Below are positions 10,941-21,710 of a DNA stretch of 64,000 nt, in pieces; the stretch's first letter is position 1; each line of letters begins with the position of its first letter. Source of the DNA: Bacteroidales bacterium (GTDB lineage Bacteria > Bacteroidota > Bacteroidia > Bacteroidales > WCHB1-69); the NCBI GenBank assembly GCA_045598025.1, contig JAZLLH010000010.1:28064-92063 (forward strand), in the 5' to 3' direction. The position numbers were made by a program, and so were the translations under genes. The notes beneath the pieces were generated by a model that did not search any database, was not told where the DNA came from, and was given only the letters and a program-made list of their open reading frames with translations.

Positions 10941-12329
10941 TTACATCACCGAAGGAAGAGGAGTACGCCCCTTAATGTGACCGGATTTGGTCAAGCCATC
11001 ATAATGTCTCATCAGCAGATGACTTTCAATCTGCTGCAAGGTATCCAGGATAACACCCACCATAATCAGCAGAGACGTACCGCCGAAAAATTGGGCAAAC
11101 TGCTGATTGATTCCGAACAGACGGGCAAATGCAGGCATAATGGCGACAAAAGCCAGGAAAATAGACCCGGGAAGTGTCACTCTGGAAATGATGTTGTCTA
11201 TGAAATCAGACGTTTTCTTACCCGGTTTGACACCAGGAATAAAACCTCCGTTCTTCTTCATTTCGTCTGCAATCTGCACCGGATTGAAGGTGATGGCAGT
11301 ATAGAAAAAGGTGAAAACAATAATCAAAACAGCGTACACCAAATTGTACCAGAAACCATTGTTGTTTGTCATTGCGGAAGCGAAGGCGCCCATGGTCTCG
11401 GTATTGTTGGAGAATCCCATAATCGTCAAAGGCAGGAACATGATTGCCTGTGCGAAAATGATAGGCATAACACCAGCGGCATTCACCTTGATAGGAAGAT
11501 ACTGACGCTGCCCGCCATACTGACGGTTACCGACGATACGCTTGGCATACTGCACCGGAATTCTGCGCGTGCCCTGCACCAAAAGGATGCACACCAGAAT
11601 CACTGCCACCAGAACAACGATTTCAATCAGGAAGGTGACAAGACCGCCATTTCCGCTTTCTGCTACTTTGGATGCAAATTCCGCAGAAAGTGCGAAAGGC
11701 AGACGGGCAATAATACCAATCATAATCAGGAGAGAGATTCCGTTACCGATACCCTTATCGGTAATTCGCTCACCCATCCACATGATAAAGAGCGTACTGC
11801 AGGTCAACACTATGATAGAAATAATCATGAAGGAAGCAGGCAGACTTCCGCCCATCACGGGATTTCCGTGAAAATCGTGAAACACACCCGAACTGAGTCC
11901 TACCTGATTGACCAAATTAGTGATGTAGGCCGGAGCCTGAATCAAGGTCACGACAATCGTCAACATTCGGGTTATCTGATTCATCTTCTTACGGCCACTC
12001 TCGCCTTCTTTCTGCAAACGCTGGAAATACGGGACAACCAACATCAGCAACTGCACCACGATAGATGCGGAGATGTAGGGCATGATACCCAGTGCAAAGA
12101 TAGAAGCATTAGAGAAAGCTCCTCCGGAAAACATATCCAGCAAGCCCAACAAGCCTTCGCGGGAATTGGCCGTGAATGCGGAATGGGACAAGGCCTGAAC
12201 ATTGACGCCGGGAAGAGCAATATAAGACCCTACCCTGAATATCAAAATAATACCTAAGGTATACAGAATCTTCTGACGTAACTCTTCTATGTGATAGATG
12301 TTCTTAAGTGTGGCTATAAATTTCTTCAT
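10941..12329 (-). CDS. secY: Preprotein translocase subunit SecY
   Basis: 462 aa polytopic protein: LRQKILYTLGIILIFRVGSYIALPGV...GIMPYISASIVVQLL. It sits in the rplO-secY-map position. Confidence 0.97.
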   Translation of the reverse strand: MKKFIATLKNIYHIEELRQKILYTLGIILIFRVGSYIALPGVNVQALSHSAFTANSREGLLGLLDMFSGGAFSNASIFALGIMPYISASIVVQLLMLVVPYFQRLQKEGESGRKKMNQITRMLTIVVTLIQAPAYITNLVNQVGLSSGVFHDFHGNPVMGGSLPASFMIISIIVLTCSTLFIMWMGERITDKGIGNGISLLIMIGIIARLPFALSAEFASKVAESGNGGLVTFLIEIVVLVAVILVCILLVQGTRRIPVQYAKRIVGNRQYGGQRQYLPIKVNAAGVMPIIFAQAIMFLPLTIMGFSNNTETMGAFASAMTNNNGFWYNLVYAVLIIVFTFFYTAITFNPVQIADEMKKNGGFIPGVKPGKKTSDFIDNIISRVTLPGSIFLAFVAIMPAFARLFGINQQFAQFFGGTSLLIMVGVILDTLQQIESHLLMRHYDGLTKSGHIKGRTPLPSVM

Positions 12330-12330
12330 T

Positions 12331-12777
12331 TTACAGTTTTATTGCGTTTCCACCTTGTGCCTCGATTGCCTCAATTGCTTTCTGAGAGAATGCGTGCACT
12401 TTCACTTCTAATTTTGCGGTCAACTCGCCCTTAGCCAAAACCTTTATCATATCTTTTTTGGAAGCCAGTCCATGCTGAACGAGGACATCCACATCAATGG
12501 TGGAAATACCTTTGTTATCATAAAGATATTGGAGTGTGGACAAATTGATAGGCGTGTATTCTACGCGATTAATGTTCTTGAATCCGGATTTCGGAACGCG
12601 TCTGTACAAAGGCATCTGACCACCTTCGAAACCAGGTTTGCGAGAATAACCGGAACGGGACTGGGCACCTTTGTGACCTTTGGTGGAAGTACCACCTTTA
12701 CCAGATCCCTGACCTCTACCGATTCTTTTCGAATGTTTTGTTGCTCCTTCAGCCGGTTTTAAACTATGTAAATTCAT
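12331..12777 (-). CDS. rplO: 50S ribosomal protein L15
   Basis: MNLHSLKPAEGATKHSKRIGRGQGSGKGGTSTKGHKGAQSRSG. Confidence 0.97.
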   Translation of the reverse strand: MNLHSLKPAEGATKHSKRIGRGQGSGKGGTSTKGHKGAQSRSGYSRKPGFEGGQMPLYRRVPKSGFKNINRVEYTPINLSTLQYLYDNKGISTIDVDVLVQHGLASKKDMIKVLAKGELTAKLEVKVHAFSQKAIEAIEAQGGNAIKL

Positions 12778-12805
12778 ATCTCTTTATCGTACTTTCTATT
12801 TAAAA

Positions 12806-12985
12806 CTAAATTTCTTCTACTGTCACCAAGTGTTTCACGACTTCGATCATACCCATGACCTGAGGAGTTGCTTCCACTTCGACAGAATGATGCATTTTTT
12901 TAATGCCCAAAGCAGCCAACGTCAATTTCTGTACTTTAGGTCTGCTGATTTGACTACGAATCTGTGTTACTCTTAACTTTTTCAT
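12806..12985 (-). CDS. rpmD: 50S ribosomal protein L30 (59 aa; below the ORF-track length cut-off)
   Basis: My manual translation gives MKKLRVTQIRSQISRPKVQKLTLAALGIKKMHHSVEVEATPQVMGMIEVVKHLVTVEEI*, with ATG at 12985 and TAG at 12806-12808. It lies in the rpsE-rpmD-rplO position. Confidence 0.92.
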   Translation of the reverse strand: MKKLRVTQIRSQISRPKVQKLTLAALGIKKMHHSVEVEATPQVMGMIEVVKHLVTVEEI

Positions 12986-12997
12986 ATTGCTCCTTTA

Positions 12998-13510
12998 TTA
13001 TCCGTTAAACACTGTTGACAATTCTACACCACGCAGCTGAGCAACGGTGTAAGGATCTTTCAACTTCGTCAAAGCATCAATCGTAGCCTTCACCACACTG
13101 TGGGGATTGGACGAACCTTTGGATTTGGCCAGCACGTTCTTCACACCCACGCTTTCCAGCACGGCACGCATAGCACCACCGGCGATAACACCGGTACCCG
13201 GAGTAGCCGGACGAATGAAAGCAATGGCACCACTGTACTTACCTTCCTGGGGATGAGGAATTGTACCATTGATAACGGGAACGTTCACCAAATGTTTTTT
13301 CGCGTCTTCAACACCTTTTTGGACGGCCACATTTACTTCTTTGGCCTTTCCGAGACCGTATCCGACGATACCGTCCTCATTGCCTATCACCACAATGGCC
13401 GAAAAAGTGAAAGTACGACCACCCTTGGTGACTTTGGTCACTCTCTGAACGCTGACAAGACGTTCTTTAAATTCGATTTCGCTAGTCTTTACTCTTTTAA
13501 TTGTCGACAT
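12998..13510 (-). CDS. rpsE: 30S ribosomal protein S5
   Basis: [37 protein letters not shown]. Confidence 0.97.
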   Translation of the reverse strand: MSTIKRVKTSEIEFKERLVSVQRVTKVTKGGRTFTFSAIVVIGNEDGIVGYGLGKAKEVNVAVQKGVEDAKKHLVNVPVINGTIPHPQEGKYSGAIAFIRPATPGTGVIAGGAMRAVLESVGVKNVLAKSKGSSNPHSVVKATIDALTKLKDPYTVAQLRGVELSTVFNG

Positions 13511-13523
13511 TCTTCTCTCTGCT

Positions 13524-13886
13524 TTAGAAAATTAAACCTTCTTCTCTCGCTGCCTCGGCCAATGATTTTACCCTGCCGTGGTACAGATATCCGTTACGAT
13601 CGAAAACGACCGTCGTGATACCGGCTTCCTTAGCCTTCACAGCCAAACATTTGCCAACCGATTTGGCTTGTTCCACTTTATTCACTTTCTCAGTGTCCTT
13701 CAGATCCACCATAGAGGAAGCGGACACCAAGGTAACGCCCTTCACATCGTCAATGATTTGGGCATAAATCTCACGATTGCTTCTGAAAACAGACAATCTG
13801 GGGCGAGCTTCCGTCCCCTTGACTGCTTGCTTGATTCTATTCTTAATTTTAAGTCTTCTATAAGTCTTACGATTTTTCGTTCCCAT
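13524..13886 (-). CDS. rplR: 50S ribosomal protein L18
   Basis: [20 protein letters not shown]...[26 protein letters not shown]. Confidence 0.97.
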   Translation of the reverse strand: MGTKNRKTYRRLKIKNRIKQAVKGTEARPRLSVFRSNREIYAQIIDDVKGVTLVSASSMVDLKDTEKVNKVEQAKSVGKCLAVKAKEAGITTVVFDRNGYLYHGRVKSLAEAAREEGLIF

Positions 13887-13913
13887 CCTACTTGGATTTT
13901 ATATGTTTCGACA

Positions 13914-14474
13914 TTATTTCTTTTCTGCAGATTTTCCTGCTTTCTTTCTGACGACCTCACCCTGGAAGCGGATACCTTTTCCTTTGTAAGGCTCAGGCTT
14001 ACGATAAGATCTGATCTTGGCGGCAACTTGTCCGAGCAATTGTTTGTCGCAACTGGTCAGTTTGATGATGGGGTTCTTTCCCTTTTCCGTAACGGTCTCC
14101 ACCTTGATTTCAGAAGGAAAATCAAAGATGATGTCATGGGAATATCCTAAGGAAAGATCGAGTTGTTGTCCTGTAGCCTGGCATTTGTAACCGGTACCGA
14201 CCAATTCCTGAACAACCGTAAAACCTTCGGAGACACCTTTCACCATATTGAACAGCAAAGCTCTGTACAAGCCGTGCATGGCATTGTGACGCTTCTGATT
14301 GTCACAAATGGTCAGATTCATCACTCCATCTTCCATGTTTAAGGAAACACAGGGATCAACATACTGTTTCAATTCACCTAATTTGCCTTTCACAGTCACG
14401 ACATGGGATTTTTCATCCATATTGATAGTGACACCGGCGGGTATTGTAATGGGTAATTTTCCAATTCTTGACAT
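13914..14474 (-). CDS. rplF: 50S ribosomal protein L6
   Basis: MSRIGKLPITIPAGVT...YRKPEPYKGKGIRF. Confidence 0.97.
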   Translation of the reverse strand: MSRIGKLPITIPAGVTINMDEKSHVVTVKGKLGELKQYVDPCVSLNMEDGVMNLTICDNQKRHNAMHGLYRALLFNMVKGVSEGFTVVQELVGTGYKCQATGQQLDLSLGYSHDIIFDFPSEIKVETVTEKGKNPIIKLTSCDKQLLGQVAAKIRSYRKPEPYKGKGIRFQGEVVRKKAGKSAEKK

Positions 14475-14489
14475 AATTCTTTCCTCCTA

Positions 14490-14888
14490 TTAGCTAACGT
14501 AACAAATCACTTCGCCACCCACATTCAGGGATCTTGCTTCCTTATCGGTAACCATTCCACGGGAGGTGGAGATGATGGCGATACCCAATCCGTTCAAAAC
14601 ACGCGGAAGTTCGTCAGCGCTGACATACTTACGCAGACCGGGACGGCTGATACGCTGCAAATTGGAAATGGCACACTGTTTGGAAACCGGATGATATTTC
14701 AAAGCGATCTTGATGATACCCGGATTCCTGTCATCCTCAAATTTATAATTCAGGATATAACCCTTCTCGAAGAGAATCTTGGTTATTTCCCTTTTCACTT
14801 TCGAAGTAGGGACTTCCACTACTTTATGATTTGCCATCACGGCATTTCTGATTCTTGTCAAATAATCTGCTATTGGATCCGTATTCAT
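14490..14888 (-). CDS. rpsH: 30S ribosomal protein S8
   Basis: [14 protein letters not shown]...[32 protein letters not shown]. Confidence 0.97.
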   Translation of the reverse strand: MNTDPIADYLTRIRNAVMANHKVVEVPTSKVKREITKILFEKGYILNYKFEDDRNPGIIKIALKYHPVSKQCAISNLQRISRPGLRKYVSADELPRVLNGLGIAIISTSRGMVTDKEARSLNVGGEVICYVS

Positions 14889-14906
14889 TTCTATTCCTTA
14901 TTAATA

Positions 14907-15212
14907 TTACCAACTTGCTTTCTTAACTCCAGGGATTAAACCTTTCGAAGCCATTTCGCGGAAATCGATTCTGGAAATACCGAAAGTCCTCATATATCCT
15001 TTGGGACGTCCCGACAATTTGCAACGGTTGTGCATACGAATGGGATTTGAGTTCAACGGCAACTTCTGCAAGGCGATGATGGCCGCCTCTTTTGCTTCGT
15101 AATCCGCAGTCTGACTACTAATAATTTTTTTCAATTCAGCACGTTTTTCGGCGTACTTAGCAACCAAATTGGCTCTCTTGATTTCTTTTGCTTTGAGTGA
15201 CTCTTTTGCCAT
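14907..15212 (-). CDS. rpsN: 30S ribosomal protein S14 (long, non-zinc form)
   Basis: [20 protein letters not shown]...[41 protein letters not shown]. The ORF-track start at 15269 overlaps rplE. The ATG at 15212 lies directly after the rplE stop and gives 101 aa. Confidence 0.93.
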   Translation of the reverse strand: MAKESLKAKEIKRANLVAKYAEKRAELKKIISSQTADYEAKEAAIIALQKLPLNSNPIRMHNRCKLSGRPKGYMRTFGISRIDFREMASKGLIPGVKKASW

Positions 15213-15214
15213 AA

Positions 15215-15772
15215 CTATTTCTTCTGATTTTTGAAAGGTAATCCAAACTCTTTTAACAAAGCCAGACATTCCTGGTCATTGTGGGCCGTCGTTACGAAAG
15301 TGATATCCATACCATTGATCTTGTTGATCTTGTCAATATCAATTTCCGGGAAAATGATCTGTTCCTGGATACCCATGGTATAGTTTCCTCTTCCGTCGAA
15401 CCCCTTGTCACTGATACCCCTGAAATCACGGATACGTGGAATGGACACGGAAATCAGACGATCCAAAAATTCATACATGCGTTCACCACGAAGCGTGACT
15501 CTCACACCGACGGGATTTCCTTTTCTCAATTTGAAATTGGAAATGTCCTTACGGGATTTGGTTGCCACGGCTTTCTGACCGGTGATCATCGTCATTTCAC
15601 TGATGCCGATATCAATAAGTTTGCGGTCAGCAGTTGCTTCTCCAATACCCTGATTCACGCAGATCTTCGTGATTTTGGGTATACGCATAACCGACTTGAA
15701 ACCGAACTGCTTCTTTAACTCAGGAGCAATTTCATTAATGTATTTCTCTCTTAATCTAGGTACGTATGCCAT
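15215..15772 (-). CDS. rplE: 50S ribosomal protein L5
   Basis: [38 protein letters not shown]... Confidence 0.97.
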   Translation of the reverse strand: MAYVPRLREKYINEIAPELKKQFGFKSVMRIPKITKICVNQGIGEATADRKLIDIGISEMTMITGQKAVATKSRKDISNFKLRKGNPVGVRVTLRGERMYEFLDRLISVSIPRIRDFRGISDKGFDGRGNYTMGIQEQIIFPEIDIDKINKINGMDITFVTTAHNDQECLALLKEFGLPFKNQKK

Positions 15773-16086
15773 TATCTAATGTCCTCCCCTGTCTTTTTTG
15801 AAAATCTAACTAATTTACCGTTTTCATCTGCATGACGGCCGATACGGGAAGCATTACCCTTGGCATCTACCAACATCAGATTCGAAATATGAATGGAAGC
15901 CTCACGCTTTACCAATCCGCCCTGCGGTTTCTGTGCGGTGGGCTTCGTGTGTTTGGTGACCATGTTCACACCTTCCACAACAGCTCTGTACTTCTTGACT
16001 TCTACTTTGAGGACTTTTCCAGTCTGGCCTTTGTCATCTCCCGACAACACTTTGACCATGTCTCCTTTTTTGATATGTATCTTCAT
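15772..16086 (-). CDS. rplX: 50S ribosomal protein L24
   Basis: [28 protein letters not shown] (KOW motif). Confidence 0.97.
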   Translation of the reverse strand: MKIHIKKGDMVKVLSGDDKGQTGKVLKVEVKKYRAVVEGVNMVTKHTKPTAQKPQGGLVKREASIHISNLMLVDAKGNASRIGRHADENGKLVRFSKKTGEDIR

Positions 16087-16130
16087 TATTCCTTATTTTT
16101 CCTTTTAACTACTAACGAAAAACGAACATA

Positions 16131-16499
16131 TTACAACACCTCAGGTGCCAGAGAAACGATTTTCATGAATTGCTTCTCTCTCAGTTCACGGGCAACGGGT
16201 CCGAAAATACGGGTGCCTCTCAATTCGTCGGCAGCAGTCAGCAATACGACCGCGTTGTCGTCGAAACGGATGTACGAACCGTCATTTCTGCGGATTTCCT
16301 TTTTCGTACGAACTACAACTGCCTTCGAAACAGTACCTTTCTTAATATTACCGGAGGGAACAGCGTCCTTCACCGTGACAACGACCTTGTCGCCTACACT
16401 GGCATAACGTTTCTTGGTTCCTCCCAAAACGCGGATACACAAAACTTCTTTTGCACCGCTATTGTCTGCTACGGATAATCTCGATTCTTGCTGTATCAT
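16131..16499 (-). CDS. rplN: 50S ribosomal protein L14
   Basis: [27 protein letters not shown]... Confidence 0.97.
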   Translation of the reverse strand: MIQQESRLSVADNSGAKEVLCIRVLGGTKKRYASVGDKVVVTVKDAVPSGNIKKGTVSKAVVVRTKKEIRRNDGSYIRFDDNAVVLLTAADELRGTRIFGPVARELREKQFMKIVSLAPEVL

Positions 16500-16501
16500 A
16501 C

Positions 16502-16756
16502 CTACTTAGCCCTTTCTATAATTTGCACTAAACGCCAGCGTTTGTTTTTGCTTAACGGTCTGGTTTCCATAATTCTGACAGTATCGCCGATTTGGCATTC
16601 CTGATTTTCATCGTGAGCCATAAAACGAGAGGTCTTTCTCAAGAATTTACCATATTTCGGGTGTTTGAATTTGCGCTCGACTTCCACCACTATGGACTTC
16701 GTCATCTTATTGCTGACAACGACACCGTCTCTCACTTTTCTAAAATTTCTTTCCAT
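16502..16756 (-). CDS. rpsQ: 30S ribosomal protein S17
   Basis: [40 protein letters not shown]. Confidence 0.97.
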   Translation of the reverse strand: MERNFRKVRDGVVVSNKMTKSIVVEVERKFKHPKYGKFLRKTSRFMAHDENQECQIGDTVRIMETRPLSKNKRWRLVQIIERAK

Positions 16757-16765
16757 CTTGTCTTC

Positions 16766-16975
16766 CTATTTTTGGGATTTCAATTCAGCAAGCTCACGTT
16801 TACGGATCTCCGTTTTCAATCTTGCTATCGTTCTTCTATACTCTTTGATTCTGTTTGGATTTTCAATGGTAGAAACCGCGTGATGCAATTTCAATTTTGC
16901 CAATTGACTCTCTTCTGCATCCAATCTTTCATATAATTCTTTAACGGAATATTCCGTAATCACTACTTGTTTCAT
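16766..16975 (-). CDS. rpmC: 50S ribosomal protein L29
   Basis: 69 aa helical protein (ELYERLDAEESQLAKLKLHHAVSTIENPNRIKEYRRTIARLKT) in the rplP-rpmC-rpsQ position. Confidence 0.93.
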   Translation of the reverse strand: MKQVVITEYSVKELYERLDAEESQLAKLKLHHAVSTIENPNRIKEYRRTIARLKTEIRKRELAELKSQK

Positions 16976-16985
16976 TGCTCTTCAA

Positions 16986-17414
16986 TTAAACTGTTTCTTC
17001 TGAATAATCTCTTCTTACAATAAACTTGGTTGCAATCGGCAGTTTTTGAGCTCCCAAACGCATAGCTTCCTTGGCAACTGCTTCGCTGACGCCGTCAGCT
17101 TCAAACAGAATTCTACCGGGAGTTACACAGGATACAAAGAACTCGGGACTACCCTTACCTTTACCCATACGAACATCCAAAGGCTTGCGAGTAATGGGTT
17201 TATCCGGGAAAATACGAATCCACAACTGACCTTCACGTTTCATATAACGAGTAATGGCCTGACGGGCGGCCTCAATCTGTCGTCCAGTAATCCAGCTCGT
17301 TTCAAGCGCTTTCAAGGCAAAGGAACCAAATGCTATCTCAGCACCCCGTTTGGTGTTACCCTTCATTCTGCCTTTCTGGACTCTCCTAAATTTCGTCTTT
17401 TTTGGTTGTAACAT
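16986..17414 (-). CDS. rplP: 50S ribosomal protein L16
   Basis: [19 protein letters not shown]...[13 protein letters not shown]. Confidence 0.97.
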   Translation of the reverse strand: MLQPKKTKFRRVQKGRMKGNTKRGAEIAFGSFALKALETSWITGRQIEAARQAITRYMKREGQLWIRIFPDKPITRKPLDVRMGKGKGSPEFFVSCVTPGRILFEADGVSEAVAKEAMRLGAQKLPIATKFIVRRDYSEETV

Positions 17415-17449
17415 TTCTTCTGATATTTTTTAATTACAAACTCTCTTCT

Positions 17450-18184
17450 TTAATTATTGGCTCTTTCTCTTCTAGGGCGACCTTCTCCGCGACCTCTTCT
17501 CTGACCTTGGGGTTTGCCGTCTCTCACATTTTCAGCCACATTTTGGAATAAGTCCCTCTTGCCATAAACCACTCCACGGCAAATCCACACTTTCACGCCT
17601 AAACGGCCGTAGGTGGTGTGAGCTTCAGCCTGACTGTAGTCAATATCGGCACGAAGGGTGTGCAGAGGAGTACGACCCTCTTTGAAATGCTCCGTTCTAG
17701 CGATTTCCGCTCCGGCTATACGTCCGGCGATGGTCACCTTGATACCTTCGGCACCGGCTCTCATGCTGGAAGTGATGGCAGTCTTGATGGCACGACGATA
17801 GAACATACGGCCTTCTATCTGACGGGCGATGGACTGGGCAACCAAAACAGCATCCATTTCAGGACGTTTGATCTCCTGGATATTGATCTGGACTTCCTTG
17901 TTGGTGATCTTTTTCAGTTCTTCCTTCAATTTGTCCACATCATTACCACCTTTACCGATGATGTAACCCGGACGAGCAGTATGAATGGTGATGGTCACCA
18001 GCTTCAACGTACGCTCGATATAAATCTTGGAAACACTTGCTTTCTGCAAACGGGCGCTGATATAATTTCTAATTTTGACATCTTCGACCAATTTGTTCTC
18101 AAACCTTTTACCACCGTACCAGTTTGATTCCCAGCCTCTGATGATACCTAAACGCAGTCCTATCGGATTTACTTTCTGTCCCAT
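17450..18184 (-). CDS. rpsC: 30S ribosomal protein S3
   Basis: [23 protein letters not shown]..., with a KH domain and an R/G-rich C-terminal tail. Confidence 0.97.
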   Translation of the reverse strand: MGQKVNPIGLRLGIIRGWESNWYGGKRFENKLVEDVKIRNYISARLQKASVSKIYIERTLKLVTITIHTARPGYIIGKGGNDVDKLKEELKKITNKEVQINIQEIKRPEMDAVLVAQSIARQIEGRMFYRRAIKTAITSSMRAGAEGIKVTIAGRIAGAEIARTEHFKEGRTPLHTLRADIDYSQAEAHTTYGRLGVKVWICRGVVYGKRDLFQNVAENVRDGKPQGQRRGRGEGRPRRERANN

Positions 18185-18607
18185 TTATTCTTCTACTGTT
18201 TGATTGTTGTTATCGTTTCTACTATCTAATATAATGGTAATATGATTGGAACGTCTTCTGATTCTGTATCCGCGTCCCTGAGGAGCAGTTCTCAAGCGTT
18301 TCAGCATACGGCCTCCGTCAACGAAAATTTCCTTGACGTACAGATGACTGTCCTCCACACGGGCAGCCTCATTCTTCACCTGCCAGTTGGCAATGGCGGA
18401 AAGCAGCACTTTGCGAATCTTTTCAGAGGATTCCTTTTTGCTGAACTTCAAAACATTCAATGCATATTCCACATCTTTTCCCCTTACCAGATCCGCCATC
18501 AGACGGGTTTTGCGGGGAGAAGTGTTATTGTCTTCCAAACGTGCCATGCACATTTGTTTCTGTCTTTCTTTTCTAGCTTCTGCAGCTAATCTTTTTCTTG
18601 CACCCAT
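18185..18607 (-). CDS. rplV: 50S ribosomal protein L22
   Basis: SPRKTRLMADLVRGKDVEYALNVLKFSKK...RRSNHITIIL. Confidence 0.96.
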   Translation of the reverse strand: MGARKRLAAEARKERQKQMCMARLEDNNTSPRKTRLMADLVRGKDVEYALNVLKFSKKESSEKIRKVLLSAIANWQVKNEAARVEDSHLYVKEIFVDGGRMLKRLRTAPQGRGYRIRRRSNHITIILDSRNDNNNQTVEE

Positions 18608-18619
18608 TGTCCTACTCTT

Positions 18620-18898
18620 TTATTTTTTGCCTTTATCTTTACTTCCTGCATGGCCTCTGAAAATACGCGTGGGAGCGAATTCACCCAATTTGTGGCCTAC
18701 CATGTTTTCGGTAACATAAACCGGGATGAATTTGTTGCCATTGTGAACTGCTATGGTTTGTCCGACAAAATCGGGAGAAATCATGGAAGCTCTGGACCAT
18801 GTTTTAATAGCTACTTTTTTAGTCGAAGACTGAGCCTCGATTACTCTTTTCTCTAGTTTATATTGAATAAACGGACCTTTTTTTAACGATCTAGCCAT
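18620..18898 (-). CDS. rpsS: 30S ribosomal protein S19
   Basis: [15 protein letters not shown]...[33 protein letters not shown]. Confidence 0.97.
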   Translation of the reverse strand: MARSLKKGPFIQYKLEKRVIEAQSSTKKVAIKTWSRASMISPDFVGQTIAVHNGNKFIPVYVTENMVGHKLGEFAPTRIFRGHAGSKDKGKK

Positions 18899-18910
18899 TG
18901 TTCTCTAATT

Positions 18911-19735
18911 TTATTTCTTTCTTCTTTCTATGATAAACTGATTGGAAGCCTTCTTCGGCTTTCTGGTCTTGTATCCCTTTGCGATCAAGCCCTTACGAGA
19001 ACGGGGGTGACCACCGGAAGCACGGCCTTCACCACCACCCATCGGGTGATCAACAGGGTTCATAACCACACCACGGACTCTGGGACGACGGCCCATCCAA
19101 CGAGAACGGCCCGCTTTTCCGGAAACCTGAAGATTGTGTTCAATATTGGAAACGATACCGATCGTGGCCTTGCAGGTGCACAAAATTTTGCGGGTTTCAC
19201 CGGAAGGCAGTTTGATGATGACATACTTGTCCTCTCTGGACATCAGCTGTGCATAAGAACCGGCACTGCGGGCAATCTTGGCACCGCCACCAGGCTGCAT
19301 TTCAATGTTGTGAACGATGGTTCCCAGAGGAATTTCGGAAAAGAACAAGGTATTTCCCAGTTCGGGAGCGACGCCCTTGCCAGACATGAGGGTCATGCCC
19401 ACTTTCAGGCCATGAGGAGCAACAATGTATCTCTTTTCGCCATCCGCGTAGAACAACAACGCGATACGGGCCGAGCGATTCGGATCGTATTCAATGGTTT
19501 TAACCACTGCGGGGATACCGTCTTTGTCACGCTTGAAATCAACGATACGGCAAATTTTTCTATGACCGCCGCCGATATAGCGCATCGTCATCTTACCTTC
19601 GTTGTTTCTACCGCCGCTTCTTTTTTTGGATAACAACAGACTCTTCTCGGGGGTCGTACTGGTTATCTCAGTAAAGTCACTTATTAACTTGAATCTTTGT
19701 CCCGGAGTTACCGGTTTAAACTTTCTTAATCCCAT
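18911..19735 (-). CDS. rplB: 50S ribosomal protein L2
   Basis: 274 aa: ...[25 protein letters not shown]. Confidence 0.97.
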   Translation of the reverse strand: MGLRKFKPVTPGQRFKLISDFTEITSTTPEKSLLLSKKRSGGRNNEGKMTMRYIGGGHRKICRIVDFKRDKDGIPAVVKTIEYDPNRSARIALLFYADGEKRYIVAPHGLKVGMTLMSGKGVAPELGNTLFFSEIPLGTIVHNIEMQPGGGAKIARSAGSYAQLMSREDKYVIIKLPSGETRKILCTCKATIGIVSNIEHNLQVSGKAGRSRWMGRRPRVRGVVMNPVDHPMGGGEGRASGGHPRSRKGLIAKGYKTRKPKKASNQFIIERRKK

Positions 19736-19764
19736 CTTTTTTTCTTCTTAAACTTTCTCTACTA

Positions 19765-20055
19765 CTAAATGCCACTGAAAATGTCGATGGTGGCATCTCC
19801 TTTTAATTGAACATAGGCTTTCTTGAAGCTGCTCTTGCTACCTCTGATCAGACCGGACTTTCCGTAACGGGTAGAGTCCTTACCGCGTTGGATCAGCGTA
19901 TTGACGCTTTCCACTTCTACTTCGTACAACTTTTCGATAGCTTTTTTGATCTGCAACTTGTCAGCGCGACGGTCCACGATAAATCCATAACAATTGGTTT
20001 TTTCGCTTATGGCTGTCATTTTTTCCGTAACAAGCGGTTTAATAATTATATTCAT
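19765..20055 (-). CDS. rplW: 50S ribosomal protein L23
   Basis: 96 aa (IIKPLVTEKMTAISEK...KKAIEKLYEVEVESVNT) in the rplD-rplW-rplB position. Confidence 0.95.
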   Translation of the reverse strand: MNIIIKPLVTEKMTAISEKTNCYGFIVDRRADKLQIKKAIEKLYEVEVESVNTLIQRGKDSTRYGKSGLIRGSKSSFKKAYVQLKGDATIDIFSGI

Positions 20056-20069
20056 CGATCTGCTCTCTT

Positions 20070-20705
20070 TTACTCGTTAACACTAAACAATTCATCGAAT
20101 TTGGAAGCCGCAGGCTCGGAAATCAGCAAATGCTGTGCATTTAAAATATCATAAGTATTTAAATCACAAACATTTACGACTTTCGTATTCGAAATATTCC
20201 TAGAGGACAAATATACGTTTTTATTCAATTCATTCAGAACGAATAACGTTTTTTTGTCAAATAAATTCACATTTTTCAGTACACTGGCGAAAGACTTAGT
20301 CTTAGGAGCTTCAAAATCAAAGCTTTCGACAACCGTAATAGCCTTTTCAGCAGCCTTCTGTGACAAGGCAGACATACGGGCCAGGCGTTTCATCTTTTTG
20401 TTCAGTTTGAAATGATAATCTCTGGGATGAGGTCCGAAAACACGGGCGCCGCCAGGAAACAAGGGGCTCTTGATGCTACCTACACGGGAGCCGCCACCGC
20501 CTTTCTGTTTGTGCAGTTTGCGGGTACTACCGGAAAGCATGGACTTTTCCTTGGAGTCATGGGTTCCCTGACGCCGGTTGGCCAAGTATTGTTTCACATC
20601 CAGCCAAACCACATGTTCGTTGGGCTCGACTCCGAAAATATTATCGTTTAATACAACCGTTCTGCCGGTTTCACTTCCGTCTGTTTTATATACTTTTAGC
20701 TCCAT
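20070..20705 (-). CDS. rplD: 50S ribosomal protein L4
   Basis: 211 aa: [48 protein letters not shown]. Confidence 0.96.
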   Translation of the reverse strand: MELKVYKTDGSETGRTVVLNDNIFGVEPNEHVVWLDVKQYLANRRQGTHDSKEKSMLSGSTRKLHKQKGGGGSRVGSIKSPLFPGGARVFGPHPRDYHFKLNKKMKRLARMSALSQKAAEKAITVVESFDFEAPKTKSFASVLKNVNLFDKKTLFVLNELNKNVYLSSRNISNTKVVNVCDLNTYDILNAQHLLISEPAASKFDELFSVNE

Positions 20706-21325
20706 CTTTCCAATTTTAAATAGGTTCCTTTACAACCGGGAACGGATCCCTTGACGACAAGAATATTCTGTTCCGGAATAATTTTCACAATCTGCAGGTT
20801 CTGGACTTTGACTTTCTGTCCACCCGTACGTCCGGCCATGCGCATGCCAGGCAAAACCCTTGAAGGATACGAGGAAGCGCCCATAGAACCGGGAGCTCTC
20901 AAACGATTGTGCTGGCCGTGAGTGCTATCGCCAACACCACCGAAACCGTGTCTTTTAACAACACCCTGGAATCCTTTACCTTTGCTCGTTCCAGAAATGT
21001 CAATAAATTCGCCTTCCTCAAATACTGATACCGTCAACACTTCTCCAAAGTTTTTACGGGATCCCTGTTCAAAACGCGTGAATTCGCGGAGTACACGCTT
21101 CGGCGTCGTATTCGCCTTGGCAAAATGACCCTGCAAGGCTTTCGTAGTATTTTTCTCTTTCTTTTCGTCGAAAGCCAACTGAATGGCATCATAGCCATCT
21201 TTTTCTATTGATTTTACTTGTGTAACAACACAAGGACCAGCCTCTATCACCGTGCATGGTAGGTTTTTCCCAGAGGCATCAAAGATACTGGTCATACCGA
21301 TTTTTTTTCCAATTAAACCAGACAT
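20696..21325 (-). CDS. rplC: 50S ribosomal protein L3
   Basis: [38 protein letters not shown]...[12 protein letters not shown]. Confidence 0.97.
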   Translation of the reverse strand: MSGLIGKKIGMTSIFDASGKNLPCTVIEAGPCVVTQVKSIEKDGYDAIQLAFDEKKEKNTTKALQGHFAKANTTPKRVLREFTRFEQGSRKNFGEVLTVSVFEEGEFIDISGTSKGKGFQGVVKRHGFGGVGDSTHGQHNRLRAPGSMGASSYPSRVLPGMRMAGRTGGQKVKVQNLQIVKIIPEQNILVVKGSVPGCKGTYLKLERWS

Positions 21326-21382
21326 TTCTCTAATTTTTAACCTTTTAATTTACTTTTTTTCTTAATTTCCTCGCGGATTACG

Positions 21383-21697
21383 TCAGACTTTGATTTCCAC
21401 TTCCACGCCACTGGGCAATTCGAGCTTCATCAATGCATCGATGGTCTTGGTGGTTGTTCCGTAGATATCCAGCAAACGCTTGTAAGAAGACAACTCAAAC
21501 TGTTCCCTGGATTTCTTGTTCACAAAAGTGGAACGGTTGACAGTAAAAATCTTCTTTTGCGTAGGCAGAGGAATAGGACCCATCACGACGACCTTGTCGT
21601 CTTTGACCGCGTTTACGGTCCTTACGATCTTCTCAGCGGATTTGTCCACCAAGTTGTGGTCGTAAGATTTCAACTTAATTCTTATTCTTTGACTCAC
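21383..21697 (-). CDS. rpsJ: 30S ribosomal protein S10
   Basis: [23 protein letters not shown]... Confidence 0.97.
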   Translation of the reverse strand: MSQRIRIKLKSYDHNLVDKSAEKIVRTVNAVKDDKVVVMGPIPLPTQKKIFTVNRSTFVNKKSREQFELSSYKRLLDIYGTTTKTIDALMKLELPSGVEVEIKV

Positions 21698-21710
21698 GTT
21701 TTAAAAATTT

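Noticed and set aside
10911-12257. A 448-aa plus-strand ORF opposite secY. Similar long antisense ORFs lie at 7501-8283 (rpoA), 13100-13618 (rpsE), 22992-23825 (fusA) and 23834-24700 (rpsG/rpsL).
   Set aside because: All are in the codon-aligned antisense frame of highly conserved genes; I checked the coordinates modulo 3. Their sequences are H/Q/N/R/G-rich and motif-free. This is the classic shadow-ORF artefact.
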